Part shown: piece after piece, positions 39,675 through 53,881 of the stretch
Position numbering within the stretch: the first letter of the stretch is position 1
Layout: every line of letters starts with the position of its first letter
Source of the DNA: Vitrella brassicaformis CCMP3155
Lineage: Eukaryota; Protista; Chromerida
DNA: 64,000 bases
NCBI GenBank assembly: GCA_001179505.1
Contig: CDMY01000646.1
Coordinates: 124,001 to 188,000, forward strand
Direction of reading: 5' to 3'
The notes under the pieces: model-generated
Told to the model about the DNA's origin: nothing
What the model saw: only the letters and a program-made list of their open reading frames with translations
The model's database searches: none
Position numbers and translations under genes: made by a program

Positions 39675-42600
39675 CTATTCACAGCCCATCCGCATGCGCT
39701 TGGATGGGCGCGGTGCGTCAGGGCTATCCACACAGTCCGCTCCACGACGTTTTCCTCGGCCACGGTTGACATCCCCCGCCAGCTCGCCCACCTGCCGCAG
39801 TAGCGCCGTCAGTGCCTGGTCGTCGATGACGGAATGGTGGCTGTCGCACAGGTCCTTTATCTCCGTGTGCGCCGCGTTGATGTCATTAAGGAACCGCTGG
39901 GTGTCGCCCGGGCGGTGGTGGACGGCCAGCACGCGGCTCCGATCGAGTGCCTTGGTGATGATGTCTAGGAGGTGCTTGACGAGGTGGTAGCGAAGGAGGG
40001 ACGGGAAGTCGTAGGCCGTCCTGCCGTCAGGGCTGGTCAGCTTCCTGATCTCGCCCCGCACCATGTCCTGCAGCCAGCCGTCCATCCATCCATCCATCCA
40101 CAAACACAGATACATCCGTCTCCTGTTTTTCTTTTGCCCACGTACATTTCTGAGTGCATGGCAGATGGTCAGATGGGAGAATCGGAAGGTCGGCAGCCCC
40201 TCAGCGCACAGCTCGTTGACCGACTGGTCAGCCTGTGGCCCCCACAGCACACGGATCGGCCACTCCCACCAATACGGCCCCCCGACGCTCGCACGCATCG
40301 AGTAGGCGAAGTCCGTCAGCTTGAGCACGACGATTGGCAGCGCCGCCTGCCACATGCGCTGGCTGGTTGTACCAGAGTCGGCTGTGGGCGAGAAGCTGGA
40401 ACACAAACGCTCCACCTCACCGGTTGATGAACAACAGATGGATGAATGGATGGATGGATGGACGGCTGGCATGAGTTGTCGCTTGTCTGTCCGTGCTTAC
40501 GAGCTCGATGACGACATTCTGGTCGTTGCCCGACTTCCGCGCCCGACGAATGGCCTGATCCATCAGATGCTGACCGTACCATCCACACACACAGCGACGG
40601 AGGAAAGCCAGCCGTTCAGCCCGACACATACATACATCACCCCTCCCTTTCAGCTGAGCTGAGCTCACCCGGACGAGGAATGCGATCCGCTCCTGGCCGT
40701 CGTCTGGCCACTGCTGCATGCGCAGCAGCAGCTGCAGCAAAGTCCAGTAGAGTTCGAGGTTCCACGCCAGCAGGTGCAGGTGCGCGGCGTTCCACAGAGA
40801 CTGCTGCACGGCGTGGGCACCGAGCAGGGTGCGGTGGATGTCCGTGCGATGGCTGCTGGACGCCTGCAGGAAGGAATGTCACACACACGGGGAGAGAGAG
40901 AGATGGTGAAGGTGGAGGAGAGGGGCGGGGAGGGGAGGGGGTTGTGGCTTACCATTGTGCCGTCACTGTTGAGATGCGTCTTAGCGTCGTAGAGGAGCTC
41001 CCGGAGACTCTCCTTTATCTCCGCCAGCATCGTGCTCTGCAGCATCACCTGCACACAACAACACGAGAGTCCAAGCCATACGCCTCAGCAGTGCATCCAT
41101 CCGCCTCTACTGACCGTCTTGTAGGCCATCTGGCAGTTGTCGCGCTCCCACCGGCGCAGCAAAGGTGACGATCCCACACGCGGCACCTGCCCAGTCAGGC
41201 CGCCGCCTCCCACACCACCACCCACAGCGCCCGTCGCCATGCTCACGCCTGCGCGGCCGGCCTGGTCCTGCTCTCTGGCCTTCTCCCAGTAGCTGCTGGC
41301 CGCCGCCGCAAACTTGCAGCGATCGGCAAGTGACGGGAAGTGGGCTGCATCGGCACTTTCGAGAAGCTGGTCGACGGTGGTGCTGCTGTCGATATGTGGG
41401 GCGGGGATGTTCCACTCGCTGGGGTTGACGCGATGTGGCGGCGACGAGTCGCCTGCTTCGGCGGCGAGGAAGGAGGGGTCGATGCTGCGTGTGGGCCACG
41501 GGGCGATGGCCAGGTGCATGTAACACGCGCACGCCTGTTTGGGTGGGTGAGCCACAACCAATACAAACGCATGAGCCCGAGCACTTGTGTTGGTCTGTGA
41601 TCTCCAGCCGCATATGTACCTCTGCAAAGAGTCCGATGCGGCTGTAGTACTTGGCGAGCTCGTCGGGCGGGATGCTCTTGAGCAGCGCCTCGCTGTCCAC
41701 AAGTGCAGCAGTAGTGGCGACAGGCGTCCCCCGCTGCCGGAGTTGGTCGGTGTGGGCCTTCATCTCCATCAAGCCCAGCAGCCACTGAGCCAGGTAGGGG
41801 GAATCGAACTCATGAAGATGCAGGTCTGCACACACACAAGTGCACACAGAGATGGGCGGGAGGAAGAGGCCCGTTTCTCGATTGATGGAACCCACCGTAT
41901 TGCTGGTGTTTGATGATCCACTTGAAAAGCATCACGTGCAGCTGCCGGTCGGCCGACTCGCGCAGGCAGTACTGCACTATGTGGCGGCACCGATCCACAC
42001 AGCCAACACGCTCCTTCTCAGACACTGACACGCCTACGTCCACGAGCACACACACACACACACACCGCACACAGTGACCGCCGTCCAAGAGTCTTGACCG
42101 GCCTCCCTCCGAAATTCTCTTGTCTCACCTGTGGGCTCATATTTCCGTTTTCCCCCACCAGCAGCATCAGTAGCGGCAGCAGCAGGCCGGTCGGCCACCG
42201 ATGCCGTCATGCGGAGAGGTTTGCCTTCCGGTTTGGCGCCGAAGTCGATCATCAGCTCGTCGGGGTAGTAGACGCAGCGGTCACCCGGGACGAGGATGCG
42301 TTCCTCCAAGAGGGAGAGAATGGCGCTGTAGCAGTACTCCCTGCGTGGATGGGGACAGAAAAGCGTACGGGCGGCTGTGGACGTGGTGTTAATGGTGGCT
42401 CACTTTGCTTTGTAGATCTGTTCGACTCCTTGGTCGATGGGTGCGGACGGGGGCGAAGGCCTCGCCGTGACGCCGTGCTGATCCAGCGCCTTGGCCCGTT
42501 CGCACGCCATCGTGATAAACAACCTGTGGGAGGACACAAACACGCACACATCCTTGCACTCAGCCTCTCTGTTGTGTGCTCATCGGTGTCACACTCTCTC

Positions 42601-45600
42601 TCTCTCTCTCTCTCTCCCTCACCTGACAGCCTTTGCGGCCTCCGCTTTGCGCAGGAGTGTCTTGATGTCGATCTCGGGGTTGGGTAGGTGTTTCTCGATG
42701 ACATTCTCTGCCTGATTGACCTCTCGGGCCCACTGCCGCAGGCTGCCCATCTTGCTGATGTCGCCCGAGGGCCGGCCGTCCCTCTCCCACCGAGCGAAGT
42801 GCTCCTTGGCCGCTGCCAGACAGAGGTAGACCTCCTGCACGTCGGCATCCAGCTGACTGCAGGCAGAAAGACAGACATACAGAAAAGACGACAGAGATAT
42901 GCAACGAACGATTTGTGAGTGGACATGAGTGCACGGCTGGGTACGTACGTGTAGAGCGTCGGGCATCTGTTCCTGAGCTCGTTCTGGTCGACGACCCGCT
43001 CCAGCACCAGCTGCTGCAGCAGGTCCGCTACGCCCTCACCAACCACACCCACAGGACCCGCACCTCCTTCACGCGCCCTGCCATCCACACCACCCCGACG
43101 GCCATCCGCCCTCCTGCCTTCGGTATCTGCAGTCGCCTGCCGTTTCTTGTCTGGGCCGCCTCCTGTCTGGCCCCCAGCCGGGTATGGATACGGTGCTTGC
43201 GTGGGGGCCGCCTGGGGAGCGGGGGGCGGCGGGCGCATTGACGGCATGATCCTGAACACATACACACACACAGGGGGGTGTTTGGGCGTGTGAGAGTCTG
43301 GGGTGCGGTTGGTGTGCGCTCGTACATGTCTTTGAATGTGGTGTCTGCGAGCCGGTTGAACGTGGCTGGGGTGAGAACCCGGTCCACGTCTGCCAGCCGG
43401 GGCGCATCGAAGATGTCGCACAAGTTCAACACACCAATCGCCGAATCCAACGTGGCCAACAGACTCTCCTGCACATACAACACATACACACTCTTGCCAC
43501 ATCCCCTCGCCTCGGTATTTTCGCTCTCACCAGCAGCTCAGGTTCCTGTGGAGGCTGCACGGGAGTGGTGGTGCTCCCGCTGCCCTTCTGCCGTCCGCGG
43601 CGATGTCTGTGTGCCTCGCTGCCACCCTGGCTGGCATAGAAGGACGTCACGAAGGGGTTGGCCTGGTGCTGCGGCGGGGGCATGCCATAGGGCAGCACGG
43701 GGCCGTTCGGGGGCGACATGGCCTCGAGTTCCTGACGGTTCTCACGGATCACCTGTATGTAACACAGATGGAATGCACAGGGAGAATCATGGGGGCATGG
43801 CTGGCGGGTATGTGGGCGGTGTGTGTGTGTGTGTGTTTGTGGTGTTTGTCTGTCTGCCCGTCCCTCACTCACAGTGGCGAGGTTGGTGAGCTGTGCCTGG
43901 AGGTGCTGCCTCTGGGGTGGTGTGAAGGTGGGGGTGAGGGAGGGGAGGAACCGGCCCTCCACCATGCCGTCTTGCTCGCCTTGCCTGATGCCACCCAGCC
44001 AGCCGACCGTCCGCCGCCTCTTCTTGAACGTGGCGCCCCAGAATCTCTCCCACTCCGTATCTGCACACAATAGGAGTCCACAACATCTGGCGTGATAGCC
44101 GCGTTTCTCCATTGTGCTGTTTGTTTACCAGACTGATCGAGTGGCTGCATTCTTATGCCCATGGCGCCCTCCTTGGCCACCTGGAAGAGGGGGGCGTCCC
44201 ATATCGCCCGCAGCAGCGCAGAGGCGTAGATGTAGAGGCCCTTGAGCCGCGCCGAGTAGGTGCCCTGACCCATGTCCAGCACGCCTGCTGGGGACTTGTC
44301 GTCACGACCACGGCCTGCAGACATACACATGGGGGAGGGAGAGACGGAGGGAGACATTCACCAACCTCTCTGCGCGACAGGTTCCTGACTGACCTGTGGA
44401 TTGGTGGAACATGCGATATGCGGAAGACAGGAGCGCCGTCATCAGGTTCCGCCTCAGCACCTCCAGCACCCTCTGGTCCGCACCCCCGTCCAGCCCGCTC
44501 ACGCCAGGGACGCTCACGTACGTCAGCGGCGACACATACTGAAGCCCCCGGCAAACCGAAGCCGTGTGTGGCGAGCGGGAAGGCGCGCACAGGAGGCCCG
44601 TGTCTGTGGCCGACCGGTGCCACTCGCACAGCAGCTGCCAGAGCATGGCGCACGTCTGCTCGGGCGAGTGGGTGTTGTAGAACTGCTGGAAGTCCTGCTG
44701 CATCGGCGGCCCGTACACGGTGTCCTGGTCAGTGGCCGCAGCGGGCGGCTCCAGACTCACGCTGACCATCAGGTGCGCCAGCTGGTCGATCGGCCTCGTC
44801 TTGGTCACGTGCAGCACCTCGCTGTTCGACAGAATGACGAATGAGGTGGGCGGCAACAACTGCTCGGTCGCAATGTCAGGGAGGGCAATCAGTGCGCCTG
44901 GTACTCGGGTCATGCTGGCGGCAAATGGCGTGCCTGAGCGGGGCTGCTGCTGGACGCTGCCGGGGGGGCGGGGGTGGAACTCCAGCCGCCGAGTGGTGTT
45001 GTACTGGTCAAGGTACATGGGCGCCCATGAGTAGAGGCTGGCTATGTGAGGAAGCTCATAGCTGATGCACTCGGTCGCTGGGACGACCACCGAGCCGGCC
45101 AACACCTCCCTGAGAGAAACAGAATGGACACAAGCGTGGGTGAGGGAGAGAGGGGGTGTGGTTGCGGGTGTGGTTGTGGGTGTCTGACCATCCTGCGTCG
45201 AGTGGTGCGATGCCCTTCTGCGTGGCGTCCATGAGGTCTGATGCCTCCTGCAAATGGTCGCTGTCCGACACGCGACCGGTGACCAAGCCACTGGCAGATG
45301 GATCGACGCACCACAACCAACAGCCAACGACCAACACATAGCGTCGGGATGTCGCGTGTGGCTCTCCCTCTGTCCCATACTTACGCGTTTCGGTTCTGCG
45401 CCATGTGCCTCACGTCGACAGCAATCCCCACCAGCCCGTTGTTGGGCCGGCTCGCAACGGGGAGCTGGGTCTCGGCTGCAAGACTGCCCCTCTCGCCCAC
45501 ACCGCCAATCAAATCCACGCTGTCACCCTGCTGCAGGTGGCCCTCGTCAACTAGGCTCGGCGCCGCCCCCTGGTCACCGGCCTCAGCTGAGACGAAACAA

Positions 45601-47921
45601 ACGGAACACATCAGCACAATGAATGCATCCCTCCTGTCTGGCTGTCCGTCGCTCCTACCTGTGTCGTCTGGTTCATATGCATCCATCGCCGCCTCCAGAC
45701 TCAGCTTGGCCTCTCGGCGCCTTGGAGGAGGTGGGCAGGGCGGAGCATCGTCACCGTCGCCCCCCGCACTAAGGTCGTTCTCGCCTTGCAGTAGGCGTCT
45801 TGTGGGGGTTCGGGGGGCCAGCGGGTCAGAGCGGTCGGTCTCCTCCTCTGCTGCGGCTGCCTCTAGGCTCAGGGCGAGGGAGAAAGGGGCGGCACGCCGA
45901 CGTGGCGGTGGCGGTGGCGGTGGGCTGGGCATGTCATCTGAGATGGAACAGCCAAGACAACCAGGCAAGAGTCTAGCAGAGCGTCTATCTGTCTGTCCTT
46001 TTTGCTAGTACATACATGTACCTGTCTCTTCGGGGTGACATGCGTCCATGGGCTCGTCCAGGCTGAGCTGGATGGCCGTGCCCTTCCCAGCTCCCCCTGG
46101 GCGGCGGGGTGACTCGACACTGTCGTGGTCGGGCAGCAGCAGGGCTGGGCGGATCGGCCGCCGCCTGTCGGCGCACTTCGTTGAGGATGGGCCTGAAGCG
46201 AACGACAACCATATATCAAAGATGTGGATGAACTGGTCACACGCACGCCCACCATGGAGGAGCTTGGCCATCGACGGCAGCTGATCTGAGTCTGAAGACC
46301 AGCGGATGCAGCAAAAAGCAGCTGGATCAATGTGTGTGTGTGTGTGTGTGCGTGTGCGTAGGTTGTGTTGCGGACGCACCTTTCATACTGTTGCAATACG
46401 TGATGCACGTCTGCCGGAGCTGAATATTCGGCGCGGCACACTGGCGTTGGGCCTTGACCTGCATGCACGACCACAGCCCATCCATTCCTTTGGCCTTCGA
46501 TCCATTCCCCGTCTTGACCTCACCTGGTTGTATGCGAGCTCGTAGATCTTGTCCTCCTCCACAGGGTGGCGCTCGGGCGGCGGGGCGCTGGCCAGCTCAG
46601 CGACGTTGAACCAGGCGTACGTGAGGATGGCAATGGCGGCAGATCGCGACACCCCTGAACACATGGATGAGCCAAGTCTCTCTCTCTCTCTCTCTCTGTA
46701 TGTCTCTCTCTGCGCGTGTGTGTGTGTGTGTGTGTGTGTGACGTCGACGTACCCTTCTCGCAATTGACCAGGAGGTGAGGCTCGCCGTTGTCGGTGCTAA
46801 ACACCGTCCCAACCACCCACTCCATCGCCTCATCGATGATAGACCCGAAACGCCGCGACTCGTCCCTCACAAACTCAATCGTGTCCTGATTGACAAGAGG
46901 AGAACAGGACGTGAATGCAGACACGTGTCATGGGTGCCATCCGTCATCACCATGAAGCCCATGATGCTCTTGCGATCCGGCATCCATGTCCGGTCCCAGC
47001 CGGCCCGCTTCAGCTCGTCATCACTGACGACATCGAAGCGGTCGGCTACCAGGTTGAGCATGTGGGTGGGGGCGAGAGCGGCGACCGTCTGCACACACAC
47101 AATGTCAACACATGAATGTGCACAATGGTCACATGTATAGCATAGAGGCTTTGAGGGTTCACTCACCCTGGCGTCCTGCGCATATTTGATGTTGCTGACG
47201 GTCAACTTGCCGCGGCCGGGGATGCAGATCGTCCCGGGCGGCGCCTCAGTGCCGACGCCCGGGGCCTTCTTGTCCTCGTTGGCTGCGAGCAAACACAGAC
47301 ACACATTGAGGGATCACACCGATCCGACGAGTATCCAAGAAGTGGCCTGCACATTACCGTCTAGATCGTCAGTCTGAATGGCGAGGCGGGGTCCCTTGCG
47401 CTTCCTCTTCTTCCTCTCGCCCGTGGCCTGCCGATCGCGGTCGCTGCCGCCCGACGGGGAGAGCGGTGGCAATGCCGGCCGCTGCTGCTGCATCTGCTGG
47501 CCGCCTTGCTGGCCCTGGAGCTGCGGCATGACGGTGCGGTGCGGCGGCTTGTGCGGCTGCTGGGCGAACGGGGAGGGGCCCTGCTGCCCGGACAGGCTGG
47601 GGGGTGGGGCGAGGGGCTGCTGGGGTGACAGCTGGGCGGCCGCAGCGGCTGCTGTGATTGACGCGGATGGCGGGCACTCGGACACTATGAGAGAAGATCC
47701 CTGAAACAAGGGGAGGGAGAGAGGGAGGGAGGGAGGGAGGGAGGGGCAGTCGGGAGTCTGCTGCATGGGATTCCTCGTCTCCGTGTCTGTCTGTCTGTGT
47801 GTGACCTTTGCGTAGAAGACGTCTTTGACTTTGATGGATGAGTCCATGGGGGGTAGGTGGATCTTGGACAGCTCCACACTCACGGGGCCCTCATAACGAC
47901 TGAAGCATTACGCACACGACA

Positions 47922-47952
<31 letters not shown>

Positions 47953-49649
47953 ATGTGTGTGTGTGTGCATTGTGCTGACATGGCCGGTGTGGGCGGGTTT
48001 GGTTTGCCGATCTGGATGGGTGTGAAGGGTGAAGAGCCAAACTGGCCCGTGAAGAACAGACGGTGGCCTGAGGGAAGGCAGGAACAGAGACCAAAGGTGA
48101 GACGCGCTTGGCAAAATGCTGGCGTGCTGACTGACCATCGTGTGTGACGGCCAAGAAGAGGGGACTCCCCCCTGCAGTGGGCGGCAGCGGCTCCACGTGC
48201 ACTATCTGCGCGCACACACGCACACACGCACACACACACATATAGGCAGGCAGGCACACGCACTTGACGAGTCACTGCTTACCGGTAGGACGGACCTCCT
48301 GCTGTGTGTGGTCTGCCCGTCCTGTCGGTTGAGCGCAGCCACGTCACGGTGGGTCCGCAGTGTCATCACACGATCGTCAACAGAGTCAGGCGACACCGTC
48401 ACTGATATGCACACAGACACAGACACACAAAGGCAAAGAATCTCATCCATCACCTCACGTATGCACGTCCATCTGTCTGTCCCCACCCACCTGACAACAC
48501 AGGTGCCGGCGGTTTCGCAACAGTCCCTTGCGCACGTGGCGGGTCGACATAGGGGATGCTGGCGTCGCGCTCGTATGCGATGGTGGAGGGGGCGTGGGGC
48601 GGGATGTGGAACACCCGTATCCACGAGTCGGCCGTGAGCACATAGAGCAGCCCTCGGGCCTCGTCCACGGCCATCTGCCTGACCTCCTGATAGAAGACAT
48701 TGGCGAGCTGGCCCAGCTGCACGAAGGTCTTCCGTGCGGCGCGGGGCGTGTAGTCGAGCAGTGACAGCTCCAGGGGCACCAGCTTCTGCCGCTCATAGTC
48801 GCACTCGTACACGCGACCCCGATCACCTAGGGAGAACCAGACACGAGAACAAGTCGCACACCCCGTGTGTGAATGTGCATGTGCTGTTTGCTGGCCGTTC
48901 CTCTCTCTTACCTCCGACAAACACGCGCCCGCTCGCCTGGTGCGCCTTGACTACTGTGTATGTGTCTTCCTTGTCTGCAGATACAGCGAACAGTTCCTCC
49001 CACATCTCCCTCCCTCCCCTCCCTCCCAGATTCACCTGTGCGGATCCGATACTGGTCGAGCTCTCTGATGTCCAGCCGCCCCACCACCTTGGGCGGCGCG
49101 TAGCCGACCGATGACCGCGGCGCACTCTCGTCGGGGTAGACCATGATGACGCGCAGGTGGTGGAAAGTCAGCCAATGCGCCGTGGCGGCGACGAGGATCC
49201 AGTCCTCGCCCTGCCACTGCCGCTGGAAGGAGGCCTTCGGTCGCACCAGGTCGGCCGCCAACACCGGGCCGTCGGCAACGGACTCCGACAGGGCGTAGTA
49301 CTGCACACCTGCACGATAGGAGCAGAACAAGTGTATGCATGCCATTGGGCGGATGCATGCCTTTCTACCTCCTGTCGGCTGGAGGCCCGTGTAGTTCCAG
49401 AACAGGACGCCATTGTCGACGCCACGGAAACAGGTCTCAACCTCTGAAACCGAACACACACATACGCACGCATCAACACATGAATGCGAACGAGCATGCG
49501 AAGAGGTGAGCCTCCATGCGTCGTACATGTGACTTCTTACGTGGGAAGATGCCGTAGCACCCCTTGCTGGCGCCTCGGTCCTCGTTGATGAAGTCCTGCG
49601 GCACCGGGGGGCCGGTCTTTGTGATGTGGAACATGCTGGTCACTTGCAT
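39675..49649 (-). CDS. NUP155: Nucleoporin Nup155/Nup170-like, many exons; N-terminus uncertain
   Basis: PVPQDF...CYGIFP, VDNGVLFWNY, VLAADLVRPK, GRVFVGG, RQMAVDEARGLLYVLTADSWIRVFHI, TRPIDQLAHLM...EQTCAMLW, SARLKGLYIYASALLRAIWDAPLF and LHVMLFKW occur in the order I recall for Nup155/170. Stop at 39675. Confidence 0.85.
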
Positions 49650-50432
49650 GTCCACGACATGCTCACAGACTCCAACTCTGATTTTGCTTTAGAGAAAACT
49701 TTCCTGAAAATTAATCGGCCCGGGGTAAATGATCTTTTAAGCACGAGGTGCGGCGAAAATGCAAGTGGGCCCTCCACTCAGAAAGCCAGCCAGCGCCACG
49801 GAAAGCCAGCTTTGCAGTGCAGAAATCCAGCTTTCCGGGCGGGAAGCTGACGCAAAAACGGTAAAAAACGGCGGTCTTGGGCAAGCAGAAGGACCGGAGG
49901 AGTTCCCTCGTTTCTTGTGCGTTGACTGTCATTGCAAACAGCCATATAGTCCAGCTTTCTCGAGCTCCAGACAACTCGCTGAGGCCGACAGACATCTCTC
50001 CGGTGCAAAGACGGGCGTGACATCTCATCGATGGGCGTGGCAGCACGATGAGAACACGTTCTCACAGAAAACAGACTCTTCTTTCAGTGAGTGAGTGAGT
50101 GAGTGAACGAATGATTGAATGATTCACTTCTAAACCTCCTTGCAGTGATGAGTGGATGAGTGATTGACTGGTTGATTGGTTGGTAAAGGTGCACTGGCCG
50201 TGATGTGACACTAACAAGGCATGTATAATGCGTCCCTCCCAAGTTTTCGACCGAAGACACTAAGCAAGTCAAACGAAATGCCTCAGAATATAAAATGTAG
50301 GCAGCAATAGACGCACAACAGTTGCACGTTCAGCAACCAGCTAACACGATTGTTCGCAGCGACCGTGTGCGGGCACCTGCTCAAGTGGCTTCCCTCCTCA
50401 ATTAGAGGCGGTGCGTATTGCATTGCAATTGA

Positions 50433-50495
50433 TCGAAGGGCCAGCGAATATAAAATGTAAGCAGCGATTGACAATGCCATTCCTGTTTCCTCGAC
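50433..50495 (-). repeat. Dispersed module copy B
   Basis: Matches copies A and C; homology with C extends over about 50370-50760 versus 53760-54140. Confidence 0.92.
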
Positions 50496-50599
50496 GCTGA
50501 TGGTGGAACACAAGCAACAAGCAACAAGCCAGACATAGATAGAGATGAGTATGTTCGCTCTCTCCCTCTCCCTTCTCTCCCTCTCCCTTCCCATCCCAT

Positions 50600-51960
50600 C
50601 CATCCTTACGCGCTTCGCTTCTGCGCCACGTGCCGCAGGTCGACACCAATCGCCACCAGCCCGTTGTTCGGCCGGCTCGCAACAAGTAGCTGGCTCTCGG
50701 GCGCGTCACCGCCACTCTCGCCCGCTTCACCGCCAACCGAATCCGTACCTCCTCGAGAAGACGTTGGCGAGTCTGCCTGGGCAGCTGCACGAAGGTCTTG
50801 CGTGCGGCGCCGGGCACGTAGTCGAACACTGACAGCTCCAGGGGCAGCACCTTCTGACGCTCGTAGTCCCACTCGTACACGCGGCCTCGCTCCTTAACAA
50901 ACAGCGGCGTCAGACACAAAAACAAGTGCGCATTCGGGTGTGGATATTCATGTGTTGTTTGCTGGCCGTCATCTCACCTGGTGCGCTTTGATCACCGAGG
51001 GTTCCTCGTCTACAGACACAGACATGCACACAAATCGCTCTAGCGAAGAGATCCTCCGACCCTCCCTTCCTCACTCCGTTCTTCCCTCCTTCCTTCACCT
51101 GTGTGTGTGCGGTATTGTTCCAGCTCTCTTATCTCCAGCCGCCCCACCGCCGTGGCCGGCACGAAGCCGATCGACGACCGCGGCGCACTCTCAGTGGGGT
51201 ATGGTCGTGGCGGCACCAGCTCGGCCGCCACGCCCGGACCGTCGGTGATGGAAGTGGACAGACCGTAGCGCTGCACACCTGCACGATAGGAGCAGAACAA
51301 TTGTATGCATGCCATTGGGCGGATGCATGCCTTTGTACCTCCTGTCTGGTCGAGGCCCGTGTAGTTCCAGACGAGGAGGCCGTTGTTGACGCCGCGGAAG
51401 CAGAATTGTATTTCTGAAGTCGAGCATACACACAGATACACATGCATGCGAAGAGATGAGCCTCCCTGTGTCGTGTATGTGCTGTCCTGACGTGGGAAGA
51501 TAACATAACAGCCCTTCTGTCGGCGCGTCGGTCATCATCACTGTTAAGAATGAACTCCTGCGGCACGGGCAGGCCAGGCTTCCTCACTTCGAACATGCTG
51601 GACAACTAATGACTTTTGGCTGGTCCCAGTGCCGTCCATGCAATGCCGCATAAGGTAAATGATCACAAAGCGGCAAGCTCCTCCATATCGGCCAACATGT
51701 CCACACGACGGCCGCGTGGGGCCGGGGGCGGGGGAGGCACCGAGAGGAGACAAACAACAAGAGTCAGCAAAGAGGGGGCCGTTTCTCTGTCTGTGTATGG
51801 CTGCTGGACGTGTGAGTGCATGTGCTCACCGAGGGGAGGTTCCTCATCGTGCATGCCGTAATCCATATCTCTCTCAACGCCAAGGAGCCCCAAGTGCTCG
51901 CGCGGGTAACGCAGCGGCGCGTGCAACATGCGATCAGCAACTGCACACACACACGGCCAA
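50600..51960 (-). pseudogene. Partial Nup155 N-terminal duplicate with a frameshift and internal deletions
   Basis: Paralogous exons PVPQEF, FRGVNNGLLVWNY and GRVYEWDYERQKVLPLELSVFDY. An indel near 51510 shifts KGCYVIFP out of frame. The KASFQ...RVIMV segment is deleted. It then joins sequence homologous to 45370-45510. Confidence 0.75.
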
Positions 51961-53818
51961 TAATCAGAGGGACAAGAGGCTCCATTGGCTGCCTGTTGTG
52001 TCATATGTTAAGTGGGTACGTGAACGTACCGGTCTTGTCATCCGCCGCCCATGGGTCCCTGCCCATGGGAGGCATGTCCACGCCGCCCTCGCCCATCGCC
52101 TCGCCGTCACGCACTGCCCTGCCACCCTGGCCACCAGCAGCAGCTGCGCCTGCGCAAGAGGGAGAGAGGCGTAGTCTAAGATGGATTCCCGTGCGTGCAT
52201 TGTAGTTGGTTGGATGCGGACGTCCCTCCTTGCACACTTACTCACCGTCATCGATCTCCATGTCTTCCTCTGCGTCTCGGAGGAGCGGCTCGCCCAAGTA
52301 GCCGAGGCGACGGCGAGGGGCTCGCGCTTGAGGCGACTCAAGGGGGACAGGCGGGGTCAGTTTGGCTGTCTATCTGTGTGTCCTTGCGTGTGCGTGCGTT
52401 TGCATACCAGCAGCAGCATCCTCTCGTGTATAGTTATTTGTGTCAGCCAACAGGTCCAAACGCATACGACGTCCGTGTGGAGCCGAGGGCGGGGGGAGTG
52501 GAGGAGGAACTGCCAGACAAACAGACAGACAGACAGAGAGGCAGACAGCCAACTCGCGTCGGCAGATGAGAGGTATGTCTGTGTGACCGAGTGTGTTTGC
52601 GTATCTGCTTACTCAGGTCAGTCTCCTCAGCCATCTCGTCCATGTCCGCAAAGAACTTCATGGGCAGTCCACCACGAGGGGGCGGGGGCGGAGGCAGCAC
52701 CTGACGGAGGAAGACATACAGAGTAGGGTGAGGAGGAAACACACTATGAGTGGCTGCCTGGCTGCACACGCACCTTCAGCCATCTTGCTACACCCAATTG
52801 GCTACACCACTGTCTGCCCGCTTCAGTCAGGCCGATGTTGTGGACCGGTACTCGCGTATCTGCACCAGGCAGGCAGGCAGCACCCACGCAGATGGATGAA
52901 TGAGACATCCAGGAAGGCGAGCAGAAAGGCGCCATCTAAGTGTGCATGTGTGCAGCGATGTCGAATAGGTTCCTGCCCTGCCCATCGTCCACAGCAGGAG
53001 CCGCGGCGGCAGCGGCAGCGGCACTGGCGGAGCCTCGGTTCTGCGTGTATATGTCCTTCTGCGTGCGTGTGTGTGTATGTTTGTTGTGTGTATATGTGTA
53101 TGAGTGGTGTTTGTCCGCCCACCTTCATATCTTTGACGTCATAGAAGGTCACGTGCGGCAGGTCGCCCCTCGACTTGCACACATAATCGCCACCCGACGT
53201 GTCCCCTGCCGCCAGGTTGCACACATGGGTGACCGCAGCCGACTTGAGAAACTGACAGATGGACAGACAGGCAACGACAGGAATGTGTCACCACAGACGC
53301 CGATATCGCCCTCAGCACACAGTACCTCTGTGTCATGCGCGGCATCCTTGCTCCCTATGAGGAGTCCCCTTATAAATTAGTGTGGCCGTCCCCATCCATG
53401 CGTACCTTGTCCAGCTCTAATCTGGCGACTTTCGTCTCAAGCTCTTCTGTGCTGCGTCTGTAGAAATCGAGGCCATGCCCAAATCATAGATCCGTACGAC
53501 GTTCCTCCCGAAGAGCAGACACACACAGAGAAGGATGATTGTGTATGTGTGCATGTGTATCTGCTTACTCAGGTCAGTCTCCTCCCTCCCGCTGCCGCCG
53601 CCGCACTGCTGGCAAGTACTTCTCGCCTGTCTCTCGCCTTGGTGTGATATGGCAGTCGGTGTGCCGAGTGTCTCGAAGATGCGGAACGACGGGCGTGCAC
53701 TCCGACCTGCAGCCAACATACACATACATCAGTACCTCGGTTATTGACATCGACCATGTGAGGGCACCTGCTCAAGTGGCTTCCATCCCTCGATTGGAGG
53801 CGCTGCGTATTGCATTGA

Positions 53819-53881
53819 TCGAAGAGCCAGCGAATATAAAATGTAAGCAGCGATTGACAATGACATTCTTGTTTCCTCGAC
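53819..53881 (-). repeat. Dispersed module copy C
   Basis: Matches copies A and B. Confidence 0.92.

Noticed and set aside
45381-45968. 195-aa ORF ending in TAA as a separate gene
   Set aside because: The apparent stop overlaps a GTAAGT donor, so it is most likely internal Nup155 exon and intron sequence.
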